Shown: piece by piece, positions 10,524 through 21,288 of the stretch
Position numbering within the stretch: position 1 is the first letter of the stretch
Layout: every line of letters begins with the position of its first letter
Assembly: GCA_965221695.1 (NCBI GenBank)
Contig: OZ244905.1
Span: 224,001 to 288,000, forward strand
DNA length: 64,000 nucleotides
Source of the DNA: Gammaproteobacteria bacterium
GTDB lineage: Bacteria; Pseudomonadota; Gammaproteobacteria; Eutrophobiales; Eutrophobiaceae
Direction: 5' to 3'
Program-made: the position numbers and the translations under genes
Notes under the pieces: model-generated
What the model saw: the letters and a program-made list of their open reading frames with translations, nothing else
Database searches by the model: none
Told to the model about the DNA's origin: nothing

Positions 10524-10620
10524 GAAGCGGGAATCCAGTCAAGTCCTGTGTCGCCCCGCGACGGAACCACTCCCGCGAAAGCGGGAGTCCAGTCAAATAC
10601 TGTGTCGCCCGTAGGGCGAC
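10524..10620 (+). repeat. REP-like palindromic repeat, family A (tandem partial copies)
   Basis: CTCCCGCGAAAGCGGGAGTCCAGTCAAATACTGTGTCGCCC-GTA-GGGCGAC; matches copies at ~27.5, 28.8, 46.4, 47.9 and 56.2 kb. Confidence 0.85.
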
Positions 10621-10631
10621 TCTTTAATAAG

Positions 10632-11690
10632 ATGACTGCCAACATCCCGGAAAACACAGACCTGCAACTCGGCACATCCATCAGTGGCTGGGGCCGCGCG
10701 GTGCTATTGGCCTTGATCTCCCTGGGAATCGATGGACGGCGGATATTCCTTGACTGCGGGCTGAACCCGGATGATCAGGGCAAACCCTATGTGCGCAATC
10801 CCGTGCAGAAAATGCAACATGTCTGGCGCATCGCCGAAAACACCGTGGATGACAGCGCGCTGCTGGCGGAGAGGATTGTCCGTTACCTTAATGCCAGTTC
10901 ATTCCATGCGCTGGGTTTTGCCCTGTATGCCAGCAGCTCCGTTGCCGACCTGTTTACGCGCATCTGCGTCTATCGTGAAGTCTTCAGTTCGTCGGTCAAT
11001 CTGTTCACCTACACGACGAAGCGCGAATTCATCTTTGCGGTTGAGGATTTGCGGCCGGTAAAAAGTCATATTACCGCCGATGTATTGGTTTTGTTCCTGT
11101 TGAAGATATGCCGGGAACTGGCGGGTCCTGAATTTTCACCAACCGCAGTGGAAGTGCCTTGGGACAGAACCTACTACCCTGAATCCTTCCAAAAGCTGAT
11201 TCAAGCGCCGTTATTCCATAACTCCCAGCATTATAACTTACATTTCAAACGAGAGGACGTGGAAACCGCGTTGCCCGGTGCGAATACACAACTGGCCAGC
11301 TACCAGGACAAATTATGCAGGGATTACCTGTATTCACTGGATGAAAGCAAGCGCTTATCGTCACGGGTTAAATTAAAGATTATCCAGACCCTGACGAGCC
11401 AGAAATTCAGTATCGACTATGTTGCATTAAGTCTGAATATGAGCGTGAGAACATTACAGAGAAAACTGCACGCGGAGGGAACAAGTTTCAGCGAGTTGCT
11501 GGAGCAGGCCAGAAAAGAACTGGCGCTTGAGTACCTCCGCAATTCCAGGGCAAACGCAACCCAAATGGCGTACATGCTCGGCTTTGCCGACCTGCCGGGC
11601 TTTTCCTCGCGCTTCAAATCCTGGTTTGGACAAACGTTTACCGAATATCGCCGCGCAAATCAAAACAGCCGCGCTGAGACAACAGTTTGA
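10632..11690 (+). CDS. AraC-family transcriptional regulator
   Basis: C-terminal LNMSVRTLQRKL..EGTSF..MAYMLGF..FS.RFKSWFG double HTH; divergent from the TBDR-sulfatase operon; the upstream ORF extension is REP sequence. Confidence 0.9.
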   Translation: MTANIPENTDLQLGTSISGWGRAVLLALISLGIDGRRIFLDCGLNPDDQGKPYVRNPVQKMQHVWRIAENTVDDSALLAERIVRYLNASSFHALGFALYASSSVADLFTRICVYREVFSSSVNLFTYTTKREFIFAVEDLRPVKSHITADVLVLFLLKICRELAGPEFSPTAVEVPWDRTYYPESFQKLIQAPLFHNSQHYNLHFKREDVETALPGANTQLASYQDKLCRDYLYSLDESKRLSSRVKLKIIQTLTSQKFSIDYVALSLNMSVRTLQRKLHAEGTSFSELLEQARKELALEYLRNSRANATQMAYMLGFADLPGFSSRFKSWFGQTFTEYRRANQNSRAETTV

Positions 11691-11795
11691 GTGAGGGACC
11701 TTGACCCTACCATTGCTATAAGGCAATCTTTGTGTCATTTATCGCAGATTGGATGTCACTGCGCCTCTGGGCGCAATAACGACCGGAGTACTACA

Positions 11796-12875
11796 ATGCA
11801 TCATCATTTAATTTGTGTCTTACTGGCCGGCAGCCTGATGGCTGGCTTCTCCGCCAATGCATCGGAGAGCGATGCATCCGGTTATCTGAATGATCCGTTT
11901 ACCAGGCCCGGTATCATTACCCCGTATACGTTGCCGGAAGCGTGGCCGGTTCACCTGGACAGGAATCCCCATGACCTGAGTCCGCAGGATGCGCAAACCA
12001 GGCTGGTGGTATTGGGAACGGGGATGCCTTTGCCCAACCCGTACCGGTTTGGCCCCGCCTATGCCGTGGTAGCCGGTGACCAGCCCTACCTGGTGGATGC
12101 CGGGGAGGGGATCTGGCGCGCCCTGGCTAAAGCGGCCTTGATCCATGGCGACGAGATCAACAGCGCGCTCGCGCCGGTGAAATTGAATTACCTGTTTGTT
12201 ACCCACCTGCATGAAGACCACACGGTGGGGATTCCTTCATTAATCCTCAATCCATTCAAGCTGAACATACCGGCGCCAAAGACAATTTACGGGCCTGAAG
12301 GAATCACTGAGATGGTCGAGCATATTCTTGCCGCATGGAAGATCGATATTGCCGCGGAATTATCAGACGGTTATAACCCGATAGGCGCGCAGGCAACCGG
12401 CCATGTTGTCGATGTCGACAAACAGGGACTGGTGTATAAGGATGAGCATGTAACAGTGGAGGCATTCAGGACCATTCACGGCCCGTTGGAGGACACATTT
12501 GCCTATCGTTTTACCACCGCAGACAGGATCATCACGTTTACCGGGGACGGCGGCCCTTACCATGAAAACATCGTCAAAGCAGCGATGAACGCCGACCTGC
12601 TGGTTGCCGAGGCGGTTACCGAAAAAAATATCCGCCATGCTCCCTGGGGCGGCGATACGGTCGAGGAGAAGAAAAAAGAGATATTCAGGTACCATTTCTC
12701 TCCCGCGGTACTGGCCCGGATAGCCAACGAGGCACAGGTGAAGACCATTGTACTCAGCCACGAGCAGAATTACGTCGCGCCGGAGGAATTTGAAAGAACC
12801 GGCCTTAGGGATGAGATCATTGAGGCCGGTTTCAAGGGAACCATCTACTCGGCAATGGACGGAGATGTGTATTAA
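11796..12875 (+). CDS. Secreted MBL-fold hydrolase, RNase Z/AtsA-type arylsulfatase-like
   Basis: Signal peptide; LGTG.P.P, LVDAGEG, THLHEDH, FTGDG and IVLSH motifs. Confidence 0.75.
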   Translation: MHHHLICVLLAGSLMAGFSANASESDASGYLNDPFTRPGIITPYTLPEAWPVHLDRNPHDLSPQDAQTRLVVLGTGMPLPNPYRFGPAYAVVAGDQPYLVDAGEGIWRALAKAALIHGDEINSALAPVKLNYLFVTHLHEDHTVGIPSLILNPFKLNIPAPKTIYGPEGITEMVEHILAAWKIDIAAELSDGYNPIGAQATGHVVDVDKQGLVYKDEHVTVEAFRTIHGPLEDTFAYRFTTADRIITFTGDGGPYHENIVKAAMNADLLVAEAVTEKNIRHAPWGGDTVEEKKKEIFRYHFSPAVLARIANEAQVKTIVLSHEQNYVAPEEFERTGLRDEIIEAGFKGTIYSAMDGDVY

Positions 12876-12961
12876 TCGGGACCGACTCTCGATATTGATC
12901 TTTGATGAAAGAGTACCAGGGATACAATGGGGTGATCAGAGTAAGTGGAGGTTGCCATGGC

Positions 12962-14608
12962 ATGAATAAGATATTGTGTTCTTCAGTGATACTGGCGCTG
13001 GCTTTGGTGTCTTTACAGGTTCCCGGGAAAGATGCCGACAGCGTATATCGCAATGGCCGGATTTACACTGTGGATCAATCCCGTCCCTGGGCGCAAGCCC
13101 TTGCCGTTGAGGGAGACCGGCTGGTTTTTGTCGGTGATGATGAAGACGCCGAAAAATATATCGGTCCAGACACGGACGTCGTCGATCTCGGCGGGCGCAT
13201 GGTTATGCCCGGAATCCACGATGCCCATACCCACCTGTTGTGGGCTGGTCTGCAATTGAATTATGGCTGCCAGTTCTCCCGGGAGGTGAGCCTGGAAGAA
13301 ATGCTGGTTGTGCTGCGGGATTGTGCGGCCGGGCGCAAAACAGATGAATGGCTGGTCGCGGGGCTGTTCGGTTACGAGCAGTTCCCGGAAGGCAAGCCGC
13401 ACAGGTCCTACCTGGATGAAGTGTTTCCTGACACGCCCGTGTACTTGCGTGAAGGGACGTTTCACCATGCCCTGGTAAACACCAGGGCGCTGGAGATAGC
13501 CGGTGTCGATGAGTTAACGCAAGCGCCCTACGGTGGCGCGCTGCCGAGAGATGAGACAGGCAAGCTGACCGGTGAACTGGTGGAGACCGCGACTGAACTG
13601 GTAGAGTCTCACCTCCCGACCATGCCCGCAGACCTGAACCTGGCCGCCCTGCGTTGGGCCGTTGACGTCAACAATCAATACGGCATTACATCAGTGCAGG
13701 AAGCGTCCGCGCATCTGCCCACCCTGCGGACACTTTCCGCTCTTGAAGCTGAAGGCGGATTATCACTGCATGTCGCGGCGCACCTGATCTGGGGCAGCCC
13801 CCAGTTCGGCGCGATGGATAATGACGGCCTAGAGCAACTCATTGAACGGCGCGGAGACTATGCGTCCAAGCACGTGGATGTGGAATTCATCAAGATCTGG
13901 GTGGACGGTTCGCCAACCCCGCCTTATTTCACCCAGGCAGATGTGCTTGCGGATGGCGCAATTGAGTACGATCGCGTACTTTTCCCGCCGAATATGCTGA
14001 ATGATGCCGTCAAACGTTTTGATCGGATGGGACTGAAAATAAAGCTGCATGTTGCCGGCGATGGTTCGGCGCGTGCGGCGCTGGATGCGGTTGAGGCCGC
14101 GCGCGCCGCAAACCCCGGCTCGTCGACAAGGCATGAACTGGGACATACAAACCTCGTTACTCCGGCTGATATGCCCAGGTTTGCCGAACTCGGCGTCATT
14201 GCCGAGATGTCGCCTTCGGTCTGGCACCTGTACGGCAGGTTGCTCGGCGATCCGCCCCGGGACGCCTGGGAATTCGGAACGCTGCACAAACACGGCGCAA
14301 TGTTGACGATAGGCACGGACTGGGTTGTCACCCCAACCCCGAACCTGTTCCCGGCCCTTGAGGGCATGCTGGACCGGGGAGACGAATCGATAGACCTGCC
14401 CACCGCGCTACGGGCAATGACCCTGAACGGCGCTTACGCCGTAGGCCGCGAGACGTCGAGCGGGTCCCTGGAACAGGGCAAATCCGCCGATTTCATCGTT
14501 CTTGATCAAAACCTGTTTGAAATTCCCGTCTCAGAGATCAGCGAAACTCGTGTCTTGATGACAGTATTCGAGGGCAGTAGCGTATACAAAGCGGTGAATT
14601 CAGATTAG
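12962..14608 (+). CDS. Amidohydrolase 3 family (YtcJ-like) protein
   Basis: NGRIYTVD, DLGGRMVMPGIHDAHTH, KIWVDG, HVAGD, GTDW and GSLEQGKSADFIVLD motifs. Confidence 0.9.
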   Translation: MNKILCSSVILALALVSLQVPGKDADSVYRNGRIYTVDQSRPWAQALAVEGDRLVFVGDDEDAEKYIGPDTDVVDLGGRMVMPGIHDAHTHLLWAGLQLNYGCQFSREVSLEEMLVVLRDCAAGRKTDEWLVAGLFGYEQFPEGKPHRSYLDEVFPDTPVYLREGTFHHALVNTRALEIAGVDELTQAPYGGALPRDETGKLTGELVETATELVESHLPTMPADLNLAALRWAVDVNNQYGITSVQEASAHLPTLRTLSALEAEGGLSLHVAAHLIWGSPQFGAMDNDGLEQLIERRGDYASKHVDVEFIKIWVDGSPTPPYFTQADVLADGAIEYDRVLFPPNMLNDAVKRFDRMGLKIKLHVAGDGSARAALDAVEAARAANPGSSTRHELGHTNLVTPADMPRFAELGVIAEMSPSVWHLYGRLLGDPPRDAWEFGTLHKHGAMLTIGTDWVVTPTPNLFPALEGMLDRGDESIDLPTALRAMTLNGAYAVGRETSSGSLEQGKSADFIVLDQNLFEIPVSEISETRVLMTVFEGSSVYKAVNSD

Positions 14609-14630
14609 GGACGCGCTATGATGTTGTCGA

Positions 14631-15034
14631 GTGCTAACTAAACTTACAGTTCGTAATTTCAAGCGTTTTGGCAAAGTGGAGGTCGAGCTGGGGAACCCGG
14701 TGGTTTTCATCGGTCCAAACAACTCGGGAAAAACGTCAGCCATGCAGGCGCTGGCTTTGTGGGATATCGGCGTGAAACGCTGGAACGAAAAGCGATCGGG
14801 GAAAATCGCGCCGGAAAAACGACCGGGGGTTATCGTGAACCGGTTCAATGCTCTCTTCCAGTTCCGCTTTTCAAGGCTTATTTTCAACAGAGCTCCCTAC
14901 CAAATCTCATGAGCAAAAAAAGTTTTTGCGAACTGGCGAACTATGTTCCCGAACATGAGATAGATCCTGAGATCAGGGAAAAACTAGATGCGATAGTTGC
15001 AATTGCCGAGAGCGCTATGCGTGTAATGGACTGA
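14631..15034 (+). pseudogene. Internally deleted AAA/ABC-type ATPase relic
   Basis: N-terminus LTVRNFKRF..IGPNNSGKT (Walker A); a plausible C-terminus (..EIDPEIREKLDAI..) lies in another frame ~250 bp later. Confidence 0.7.
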
Positions 15035-15086
15035 GCTATAATAGTTCGCATTTCTCGCCAAGTGATGATCACGCAATTTGCAACAG

Positions 15087-15154
15087 TAGCCACATAATTC
15101 AGTAGGCAAACATTATCGTCTTGCCCCAAGCGAACCAGTACAATTTCCGGGTTA
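15087..15154. repeat. Recurrent ~60-bp intergenic joint motif (core TTATCG..CAAGCGAA)
   Basis: Core at 15113-15134, 18797-18818, 19717-19736 and 20894-20915. Confidence 0.7.
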
Positions 15155-18100
15155 AGCTATAGACGCGGAATCATCCATGAAGAATACAAAGTGTACATCC
15201 GTCAGGTCGGCTTGATTGTAGTCCAGCAGCGTGACCGTATCGCCGCCATGTTCTGATAAGTCAATGATCAGATCTTCGCCTTGCTGTCGCAGCGACAAAT
15301 CGGCAACGGACTGAATCCCCTCAAATGCCCGTAGCACAATCGTGTCCTCACCATTACCAAAATCCAGGATAGTATCGTCTCCACCATCGGGATAGACGTA
15401 AAATGAATCATCACCTTTACCGCCTTCCAACCGGTCGTTGCCGTAATCAAACCTTTGTATCTTGACTTGAGGCACAATATCAATTGCCGGATCCAAGTCT
15501 ATAGTCTCGGTCTTTACATCCAGGCGATCATTACCCGGCCCGCCCACCAGCAGGTCATCACCAGGACCACCAAGCACCACATCATTGTCAACACCGCCAT
15601 AAACTTTGTCATTGCCGTTATCACCAAACAACCTGTCATGACCCTTTCCGCCATGTACTTCATCATCGCCGTCACCGCCAGAGATATAATCCGAACCACC
15701 TTCAGGCCCACCATATAGCAGGTCGTTTCCACCACGGCCGTAAATCGAGTTGATTCTGAAATCTCCCGCCAGCACATCGTTATGTTCTGAACCAATAAGA
15801 TGTGCTACTTCTGGCGCCTCAAACTCATAGACGGCGCCATCAGCGCCAGTTCGCGTATAGGTCTGGCTGAAGAATATATCACCCTCGGCATCACCGCCTT
15901 TGCCGCCTTTTTCCAGGACCGAATGCAGGCGCACCGTCACGCCGGCATCAGATGATGCATAGGAGGCCGTATCCTCAGCTTGTTCGCCGTCTCTACGCCG
16001 GACATTTGGGCCGCCTTGCAATTTGTCAGCCCCGGGACCACCTTCCAGGATATCATGCCCGTCACCACCTATCAGCCAGTCATCACCTTCCATGCCGTAT
16101 AACCGGTCGTCTCCGCGAAAGCCGTCAAGCCGGTTCGGCCCGTGGGCGCCGGCCAGGATGTCATTCCAAAATGATCCGCGCAGGTTTTCGATATCAGGGA
16201 CGGTTACTTCCTGTACCTTGCCCTCAATGTCGGTATATTTGACCGTTTTAACACCGACAAACGTATCACCTTCCGCCTCACCGCCTCGGGCCGTTCCATC
16301 ATGAAGACGTATTTCGACAGCTTCTCTTGTATAAGTGTAATACGCTGTGTCCTCACCTGGACCTCCTCTTAGCTCGTCTGCGCCATAGTCCCCCTGAAGT
16401 TTGTCATCACCAGCGCCACCATCCAGCTTATCATCACCTGGTTCAAAGCTTCCATGGTCGCCAATAAGATAATCATCCCCGCCACGTCCCTCCAGTACAT
16501 CATTGCCGTCCCAGCCCCGCAATTGGTTGGCGCGCAGATCGCCGATCAAAATATCATCAGCATTTGAACCGGTCAGGTTCTCAATATCCGGCACTACCGC
16601 CTGATGAATAGCGCCGTGCTCATCTGCATACTCAATAGTCTGTAGGCCGGCAAATACGTCGCCTTCCGCGTCACCGCCCCGGAGAGTAGCATCATGCAGG
16701 CTTGCCTCTATTCCAACCCACGAATCGAAATAAAATGCTTCGTCGATACCGGCGCCACCTCGCAAGATATCAGCGCCCGGCCCACCCCTGAGACCATCAT
16801 CGCCGGCGCCTCCATGGAGCTCATCGTTACCGCTTCCACCGCCGATCAAGTCATCGCCGGCGCCTCCATGGAGCTCATCGTTACCGCTTCCACCGCCGAT
16901 CGAGTCATCACCTTCTCCACCGTGCAAAAGATCATCGCCCCGCTCGCCAGAAAGTTCATCAAGCCCTGGCCCCCCTTCCAGTTGGTCATTGCCCTGTTCG
17001 CCATATAGCCAATCATTACCTTCTCCGCCTTCTAACCGATCATCACCCTGCTCACCATAAAGACTATCATCCCCTTCTCCGCCTTCCAACCGATCATCAC
17101 CCGGTCCACCATAAAGTTGATCTCTCCCGCCGCCGCCGATTAATACATCATCGCCTTGCCCGCCATAAAGATAATCAAACCAGTCTCCACCATACAAATA
17201 ATCCATGCCCTGCTCACCATATAGATAATCTAAATCTTCCCCGCCCTCCAACCGATCATCGCCCAAGCCACCATAAAGATAATCCAACCCGCCGCCGCCC
17301 ATTAATACATCATCGCCCGCCAGTCCGTTGAGAATATCCGATCCTCTCATTCCCTCCAACCGGTTCGGCCCGTCTGTGCCGGTCAGATCATCACCAGATT
17401 GCGTGCCGATCAGGTTTTCGATGTCCGGCGCCATAACCTGTTGCAAGTTGCCGTCAGCGTCGTAGTACTCAACCATCTGCATACCAGGAAATGTATCGCC
17501 CTGCGCATCACCAGAATAAGCTTCGCCGGTACTCAGGTTGACTTCTACCCCATCGTTTGCAGCTCCAAACGCGTCATACGATACCGTATCGTTACCTGTC
17601 CCTCCTATCAGCACATCAGAGCCAGAACCACCCATCAATATATCGTCACCCTCCCTGCCGTTAAGCGTATCGTCACCATCGGTCCCTAACAGATAATTCT
17701 CACCTTCATTGCCAACCAGGATATCATCGTAGGAAGAGCCTCTAATCGCCTCAATATCAACCACCGAGGCTTGTCTCGTAACCCCTTCAGCATCTAGATA
17801 TTCAATCGTTTGCCGCCCTGGAAACGTATCACCCTCCGCATCACCGCCTCTGGCAGTCCCGTCATGCAGGCGTATCTCTACCCCCTGCTTTGAATACACG
17901 TAACTAATCCCGTCGAAACCTGCTCCGCCACGAATAGAGTCCGCACCCGGTGATCCTTCAAGCGTATCATCGCCATCGGTACCCGTCATCACATCCTCAC
18001 CATCACTGCCTTCAAAATATAGCGGGTTTGAAATGACGATGATATATTGTCCGCCGTTTTCCTCACTCGTGTTGCCCGTATAGCTACTGGCGCTCAGGTA

Positions 18101-18418
18101 AAATACACCGCTGTTGTTCGGTGTGAAGCTCAACGCCGAGGAAAGGTTTCCTGCCGCGAAGTCCACATCTTCATTCTCCGCAACCAGTTCCCCGGCAGCG
18201 TTATATACACGAAGAAGCGTATCCACCACGCCATTTGGTCCGTCTCCATCCAAGATGATTTCATAGGTCAGCCCATCATTGAGTTCAATGCTGACCCAGT
18301 CTTCGTCGAAACGTCCGTCCAGGTGTCCAAGAAATATGCCGCCGGCCAGGGTGCGGTAACTGGTGTCAGTATTAGCTTGGGCATCACCATAATTCTCAAA
18401 GAAAGTATAATTTGACAT
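15152..18418 (-). CDS. RTX/hemolysin-type calcium-binding repeat protein with N-terminal PPC-like domain
   Basis: Many GGxGxDxLx nonapeptides; about five modules of Y..S..GV.V.L....GGDAEGD.F...PDIENL; no Sec signal. Confidence 0.9.
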   Translation of the reverse strand: MSNYTFFENYGDAQANTDTSYRTLAGGIFLGHLDGRFDEDWVSIELNDGLTYEIILDGDGPNGVVDTLLRVYNAAGELVAENEDVDFAAGNLSSALSFTPNNSGVFYLSASSYTGNTSEENGGQYIIVISNPLYFEGSDGEDVMTGTDGDDTLEGSPGADSIRGGAGFDGISYVYSKQGVEIRLHDGTARGGDAEGDTFPGRQTIEYLDAEGVTRQASVVDIEAIRGSSYDDILVGNEGENYLLGTDGDDTLNGREGDDILMGGSGSDVLIGGTGNDTVSYDAFGAANDGVEVNLSTGEAYSGDAQGDTFPGMQMVEYYDADGNLQQVMAPDIENLIGTQSGDDLTGTDGPNRLEGMRGSDILNGLAGDDVLMGGGGLDYLYGGLGDDRLEGGEDLDYLYGEQGMDYLYGGDWFDYLYGGQGDDVLIGGGGRDQLYGGPGDDRLEGGEGDDSLYGEQGDDRLEGGEGNDWLYGEQGNDQLEGGPGLDELSGERGDDLLHGGEGDDSIGGGSGNDELHGGAGDDLIGGGSGNDELHGGAGDDGLRGGPGADILRGGAGIDEAFYFDSWVGIEASLHDATLRGGDAEGDVFAGLQTIEYADEHGAIHQAVVPDIENLTGSNADDILIGDLRANQLRGWDGNDVLEGRGGDDYLIGDHGSFEPGDDKLDGGAGDDKLQGDYGADELRGGPGEDTAYYTYTREAVEIRLHDGTARGGEAEGDTFVGVKTVKYTDIEGKVQEVTVPDIENLRGSFWNDILAGAHGPNRLDGFRGDDRLYGMEGDDWLIGGDGHDILEGGPGADKLQGGPNVRRRDGEQAEDTASYASSDAGVTVRLHSVLEKGGKGGDAEGDIFFSQTYTRTGADGAVYEFEAPEVAHLIGSEHNDVLAGDFRINSIYGRGGNDLLYGGPEGGSDYISGGDGDDEVHGGKGHDRLFGDNGNDKVYGGVDNDVVLGGPGDDLLVGGPGNDRLDVKTETIDLDPAIDIVPQVKIQRFDYGNDRLEGGKGDDSFYVYPDGGDDTILDFGNGEDTIVLRAFEGIQSVADLSLRQQGEDLIIDLSEHGGDTVTLLDYNQADLTDVHFVFFMDDSASIA

Positions 18419-18893
18419 GTGTTGTTCCCCCTGGATTTTCGTTCCGCCTGCGCATCAGCCTAGCATGACTATTGTTGCCGCTTGTGTGCCACTTTGAAAA
18501 GCTGAACCTCACAGCGGCCTGGTGCGGTCGCCACTGCAGTCTATTGCTCATGCAAGCGGCCTGAGCGAAAGCGTTCCGATCCGACAATGCCCTTGTGGGG
18601 ATATTAATACCCTCAATATAATAGCTGGGGCCAGGGTTGTAGCGCTATCTGATTAATCTTGCGCTAGACCCTCAAAAGTGAACCGGGAACGGGGATGCTT
18701 TTGTGGAAGTTGTCCGCTTGTTTCGTCGAAGCCTACTTAGCGCTTCCGGCAACACAGTTGTCAATATTAGCCATATAACTCAATGAGTATACAGTGTTAT
18801 CGCCTCAATCCAAGCGAATTGTAGCAACACCTGGACCGAACCCCGCTGGGGGTTTGTCACAAGTTAACCGGCAAAAATTAAATTGAAACGGTA

Positions 18894-19301
18894 CTAGTTA
18901 GGGTCTGGAGCAGGCCCTTTAGAAGCACAATCAACTAATACCTGTTCAGGGTATATGCGATGCTTGTCTGTGATTGCATCCACAATTCCCAAGTCTAGGA
19001 AGACTGCACTGGCCACAATTTTTGCACCAATAGAACTTTTTGCGCTCATTAAATATCTGTTGTTATCTTCATCGGAGCATTCTACACGCAGTGAATCATC
19101 GGAACGACGTATCATGGCGCTGCCTGGGAGTTCTACAGACCATGAACCACGTTTGTTCGACATATTGCAACTGATTTTCTTCTCACCACAGTTCATTCCA
19201 ATAAACTGGATCTGTTGATTCGGATCATTTGTGAGGGTTGCACAGGAACTCATCATCAGCAAACTGATTGCGACTGTAATGCTAAACATTTTATGCTTCA
19301 T
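18894..19301 (-). CDS. Putative lipoprotein of unknown function
   Basis: Lipobox-like MSSC after a hydrophobic leader; AT-richer than flanks. Confidence 0.65.
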   Translation of the reverse strand: MKHKMFSITVAISLLMMSSCATLTNDPNQQIQFIGMNCGEKKISCNMSNKRGSWSVELPGSAMIRRSDDSLRVECSDEDNNRYLMSAKSSIGAKIVASAVFLDLGIVDAITDKHRIYPEQVLVDCASKGPAPDPN

Positions 19302-19445
19302 AGTATGAATCCTTCTGATATTTTCCTTCATTATTCAGGAATCTTTACCGGGTAGTCAAGAGGTATTTTGAGGTGTGTATTTTGAGGTGTTTTTCCACGG
19401 GGGAATTTTGACAGTTTGTTGAAAATGACGCAGTTGTTGAATAAT

Positions 19446-19651
19446 GAGACGGCACGCGGATCCCTGGAACAGGGCAAATCCGCCGATTTCATCGTTCTCG
19501 ATCAAAACCTGTTCGACATTCTCGTCTCCGAAATTAGTGAGACCAGGGTATTAAGGACGGTATTCGAGGGCAGTACCGTATACAAAGCGGCGAATTCAGA
19601 TTAGGGATGCGCTATGATAATGTCAAATGCTTACTAAACTTACAATTCGTA
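19446..19651 (+). pseudogene. Diverged direct copy of 14450-14655 (amidohydrolase 3' end, spacer and first ATPase codons)
   Basis: Colinear over ~206 bp; encodes GSLEQGKSADFIVLDQNLF..VYKAANSD*. Confidence 0.9.
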
Positions 19652-19753
19652 TTTTGGCGAGATTTCCGGGCTAATGCACTGAGCTATAGACATCGTTTGC
19701 AACAGCGAAAAGGTCAATCGCTTTGCTACAAACGAACTGGCGCTATGCCCGGG

Positions 19754-20245
19754 TTATGGGCGGAGGCGTTCACTTTGAGGCGAAAATGCGCGCTTGTTGA
19801 AGATGTCTTTTTCCACAGAAACCAGCTTCAACTGTCGCGCAGCAGGATGTGCAGGATTGATCAGGGCGATATGTTCCAGCCCACCCGGGATCGCTGCGCT
19901 CGGCACAAGCAGTAGCGCTGAGGTCGCTGCCCGGAGCCAGTGGCTACCCAAGGCTTGGGTCGCGGCAGGGTATGGATAATCGTTCCAGTCTGCCGGCAGG
20001 TCTTCAATTCTCCACTGTTCAAAGCCGATGGTGCCGCTCTCAAAGATGCCAAGGCGATAGCTTTTTGGAATCAGTCGGGGTGAGCGCAAGTAGTTGGCCA
20101 TTTCCAACATGGCCACACTGGCGGAACAGGCAAAATACAGAACCGGCAAACCAGCGTTGTTCCAGCGTCCGCCATCCTGGTAGCTTGCCCCCCGTCCACT
20201 GTAATTTTCCAACAGGTTTTCCGGGCAGATCCGGTACAGTCGCAT
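19754..20245 (-). CDS. RES-domain toxin (ParT/MbcT-like)
   Basis: MRLYRI, GGRWN..G..VLY, AMLE, LLVPSA and LINP.HP motifs; start overlaps antitoxin stop. Confidence 0.9.
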   Translation of the reverse strand: MRLYRICPENLLENYSGRGASYQDGGRWNNAGLPVLYFACSASVAMLEMANYLRSPRLIPKSYRLGIFESGTIGFEQWRIEDLPADWNDYPYPAATQALGSHWLRAATSALLLVPSAAIPGGLEHIALINPAHPAARQLKLVSVEKDIFNKRAFSPQSERLRP

Positions 20246-20718
20246 CAGGCAAATTCGCCGTGCTCGATCTTGTTCAACGCGCCCTGCACTAGTGCGCGAC
20301 CGGCAAAGGTATCGCACAGTTCCAGGGGACTGTAACCGCCCAAGGCCGGGAGGACTGTTTCCAGCCATTCACGCGCGCCGTCAAGATCGCCGAAGACCGT
20401 AATGGCCCTGGCAAAGACACATAACATGTCAAGCACCCCTTCCGACTGGACCGGACTGAGGACTTTGCGGCGATAGTACCGGTTCAGGTTTCCACCTGTC
20501 GTCTCCAGCAGGCGGACAAATACCTCGCGGTGTCCCAGGATACTGACTGCTTGCCTGATCACATCGCCAGGCAATCCCCTGCGAGCGGCCTGAATAAGAG
20601 AGTTTCTATCCGAGAATACCGCTGCGGGAATATCAATGCCTTCAATATAATAGCTGGGACCAGAGTTCTGGTGTAATGTCTGCTGCATCTTGTCACGCTC
20701 CGGAAAAAATAGCTCCAT
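20245..20718 (-). CDS. Xre/MbcA/ParS-family antitoxin (DUF2384)
   Basis: VFGD...AREWL....ALGG..PLEL..T..G...V...L..IEHG C-terminus; directly upstream of RES toxin. Confidence 0.9.
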   Translation of the reverse strand: MELFFPERDKMQQTLHQNSGPSYYIEGIDIPAAVFSDRNSLIQAARRGLPGDVIRQAVSILGHREVFVRLLETTGGNLNRYYRRKVLSPVQSEGVLDMLCVFARAITVFGDLDGAREWLETVLPALGGYSPLELCDTFAGRALVQGALNKIEHGEFA

Positions 20719-20979
20719 GCCAGTATAGCATCAAAATGATGAATATACTACATCATTAAGCGATTCCCGAAACTAGCATACTATGTTAGTCTCCCCAGTG
20801 AAGTTGAGGGCAACTTTCTACGACTACAATCGCTGATTAAAGGGCGGTATCTTTATGAAGATTAGGGACGCGCTAAAGATAAATAGGCAAGCATTATCGC
20901 CTTGTTCCAAGCGAATTAACGCTATGTCCGGACAAAACCCCGTAGGGTCGCCTATGACAAGTTAACCGGTTAGAATTAA

Positions 20980-21006
20980 GGAAGCTCTGACTTAATCAGA
21001 GCTTCC
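20980..21006. mobile_element. Minimal 27-bp MITE (family B) with TTAA target duplication
   Basis: TTAA-GGAAGCTCTGA-CTTAA-TCAGAGCTTCC-TTAA; the paralogous site at 18878-18881 has a single TTAA. Confidence 0.85.
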
Positions 21007-21023
21007 TTAAATTGAAACAGTAC

Positions 21024-21175
21024 TAGTTGGAGTCGTCTGGAGCAGGCCCTTTAGAAGCACAATCAACTAATACCTGTTCAGGGTATATGCGATGCTTGTC
21101 TGTGATTGCATCCACAATTCCCAAGTCCAGGAAGACTGCACTGGATTCAAGAATATGTAGCGGGTAGTCAAGAGA
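21024..21175 (-). pseudogene. Internally deleted duplicate of the lipoprotein gene
   Basis: 21035-21144 matches 18903-19012 with one mismatch by eye, then jumps to sequence like 19333-19365. Confidence 0.9.
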
Positions 21176-21288
21176 TTTTTTTACAGGTATTAGCAACAAT
21201 ATGATTAGTCCGCTCCTGTCTTTTATCGATGATTTTTTGTCATTTTACATAACGACGCAACCCTACTGCGCCAAACCTGGGGCAGCTT

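Noticed and set aside
16700-17400. CRISPR-like periodic repeats
   Set aside because: They are coding RTX nonapeptide repeats; no cas genes or unique spacers
14450-21175. Integron cassette array
   Set aside because: No integrase; only the RTX end fits RYYYAAC, and no matching GTTRRRY or attC-like hairpin was found by eye
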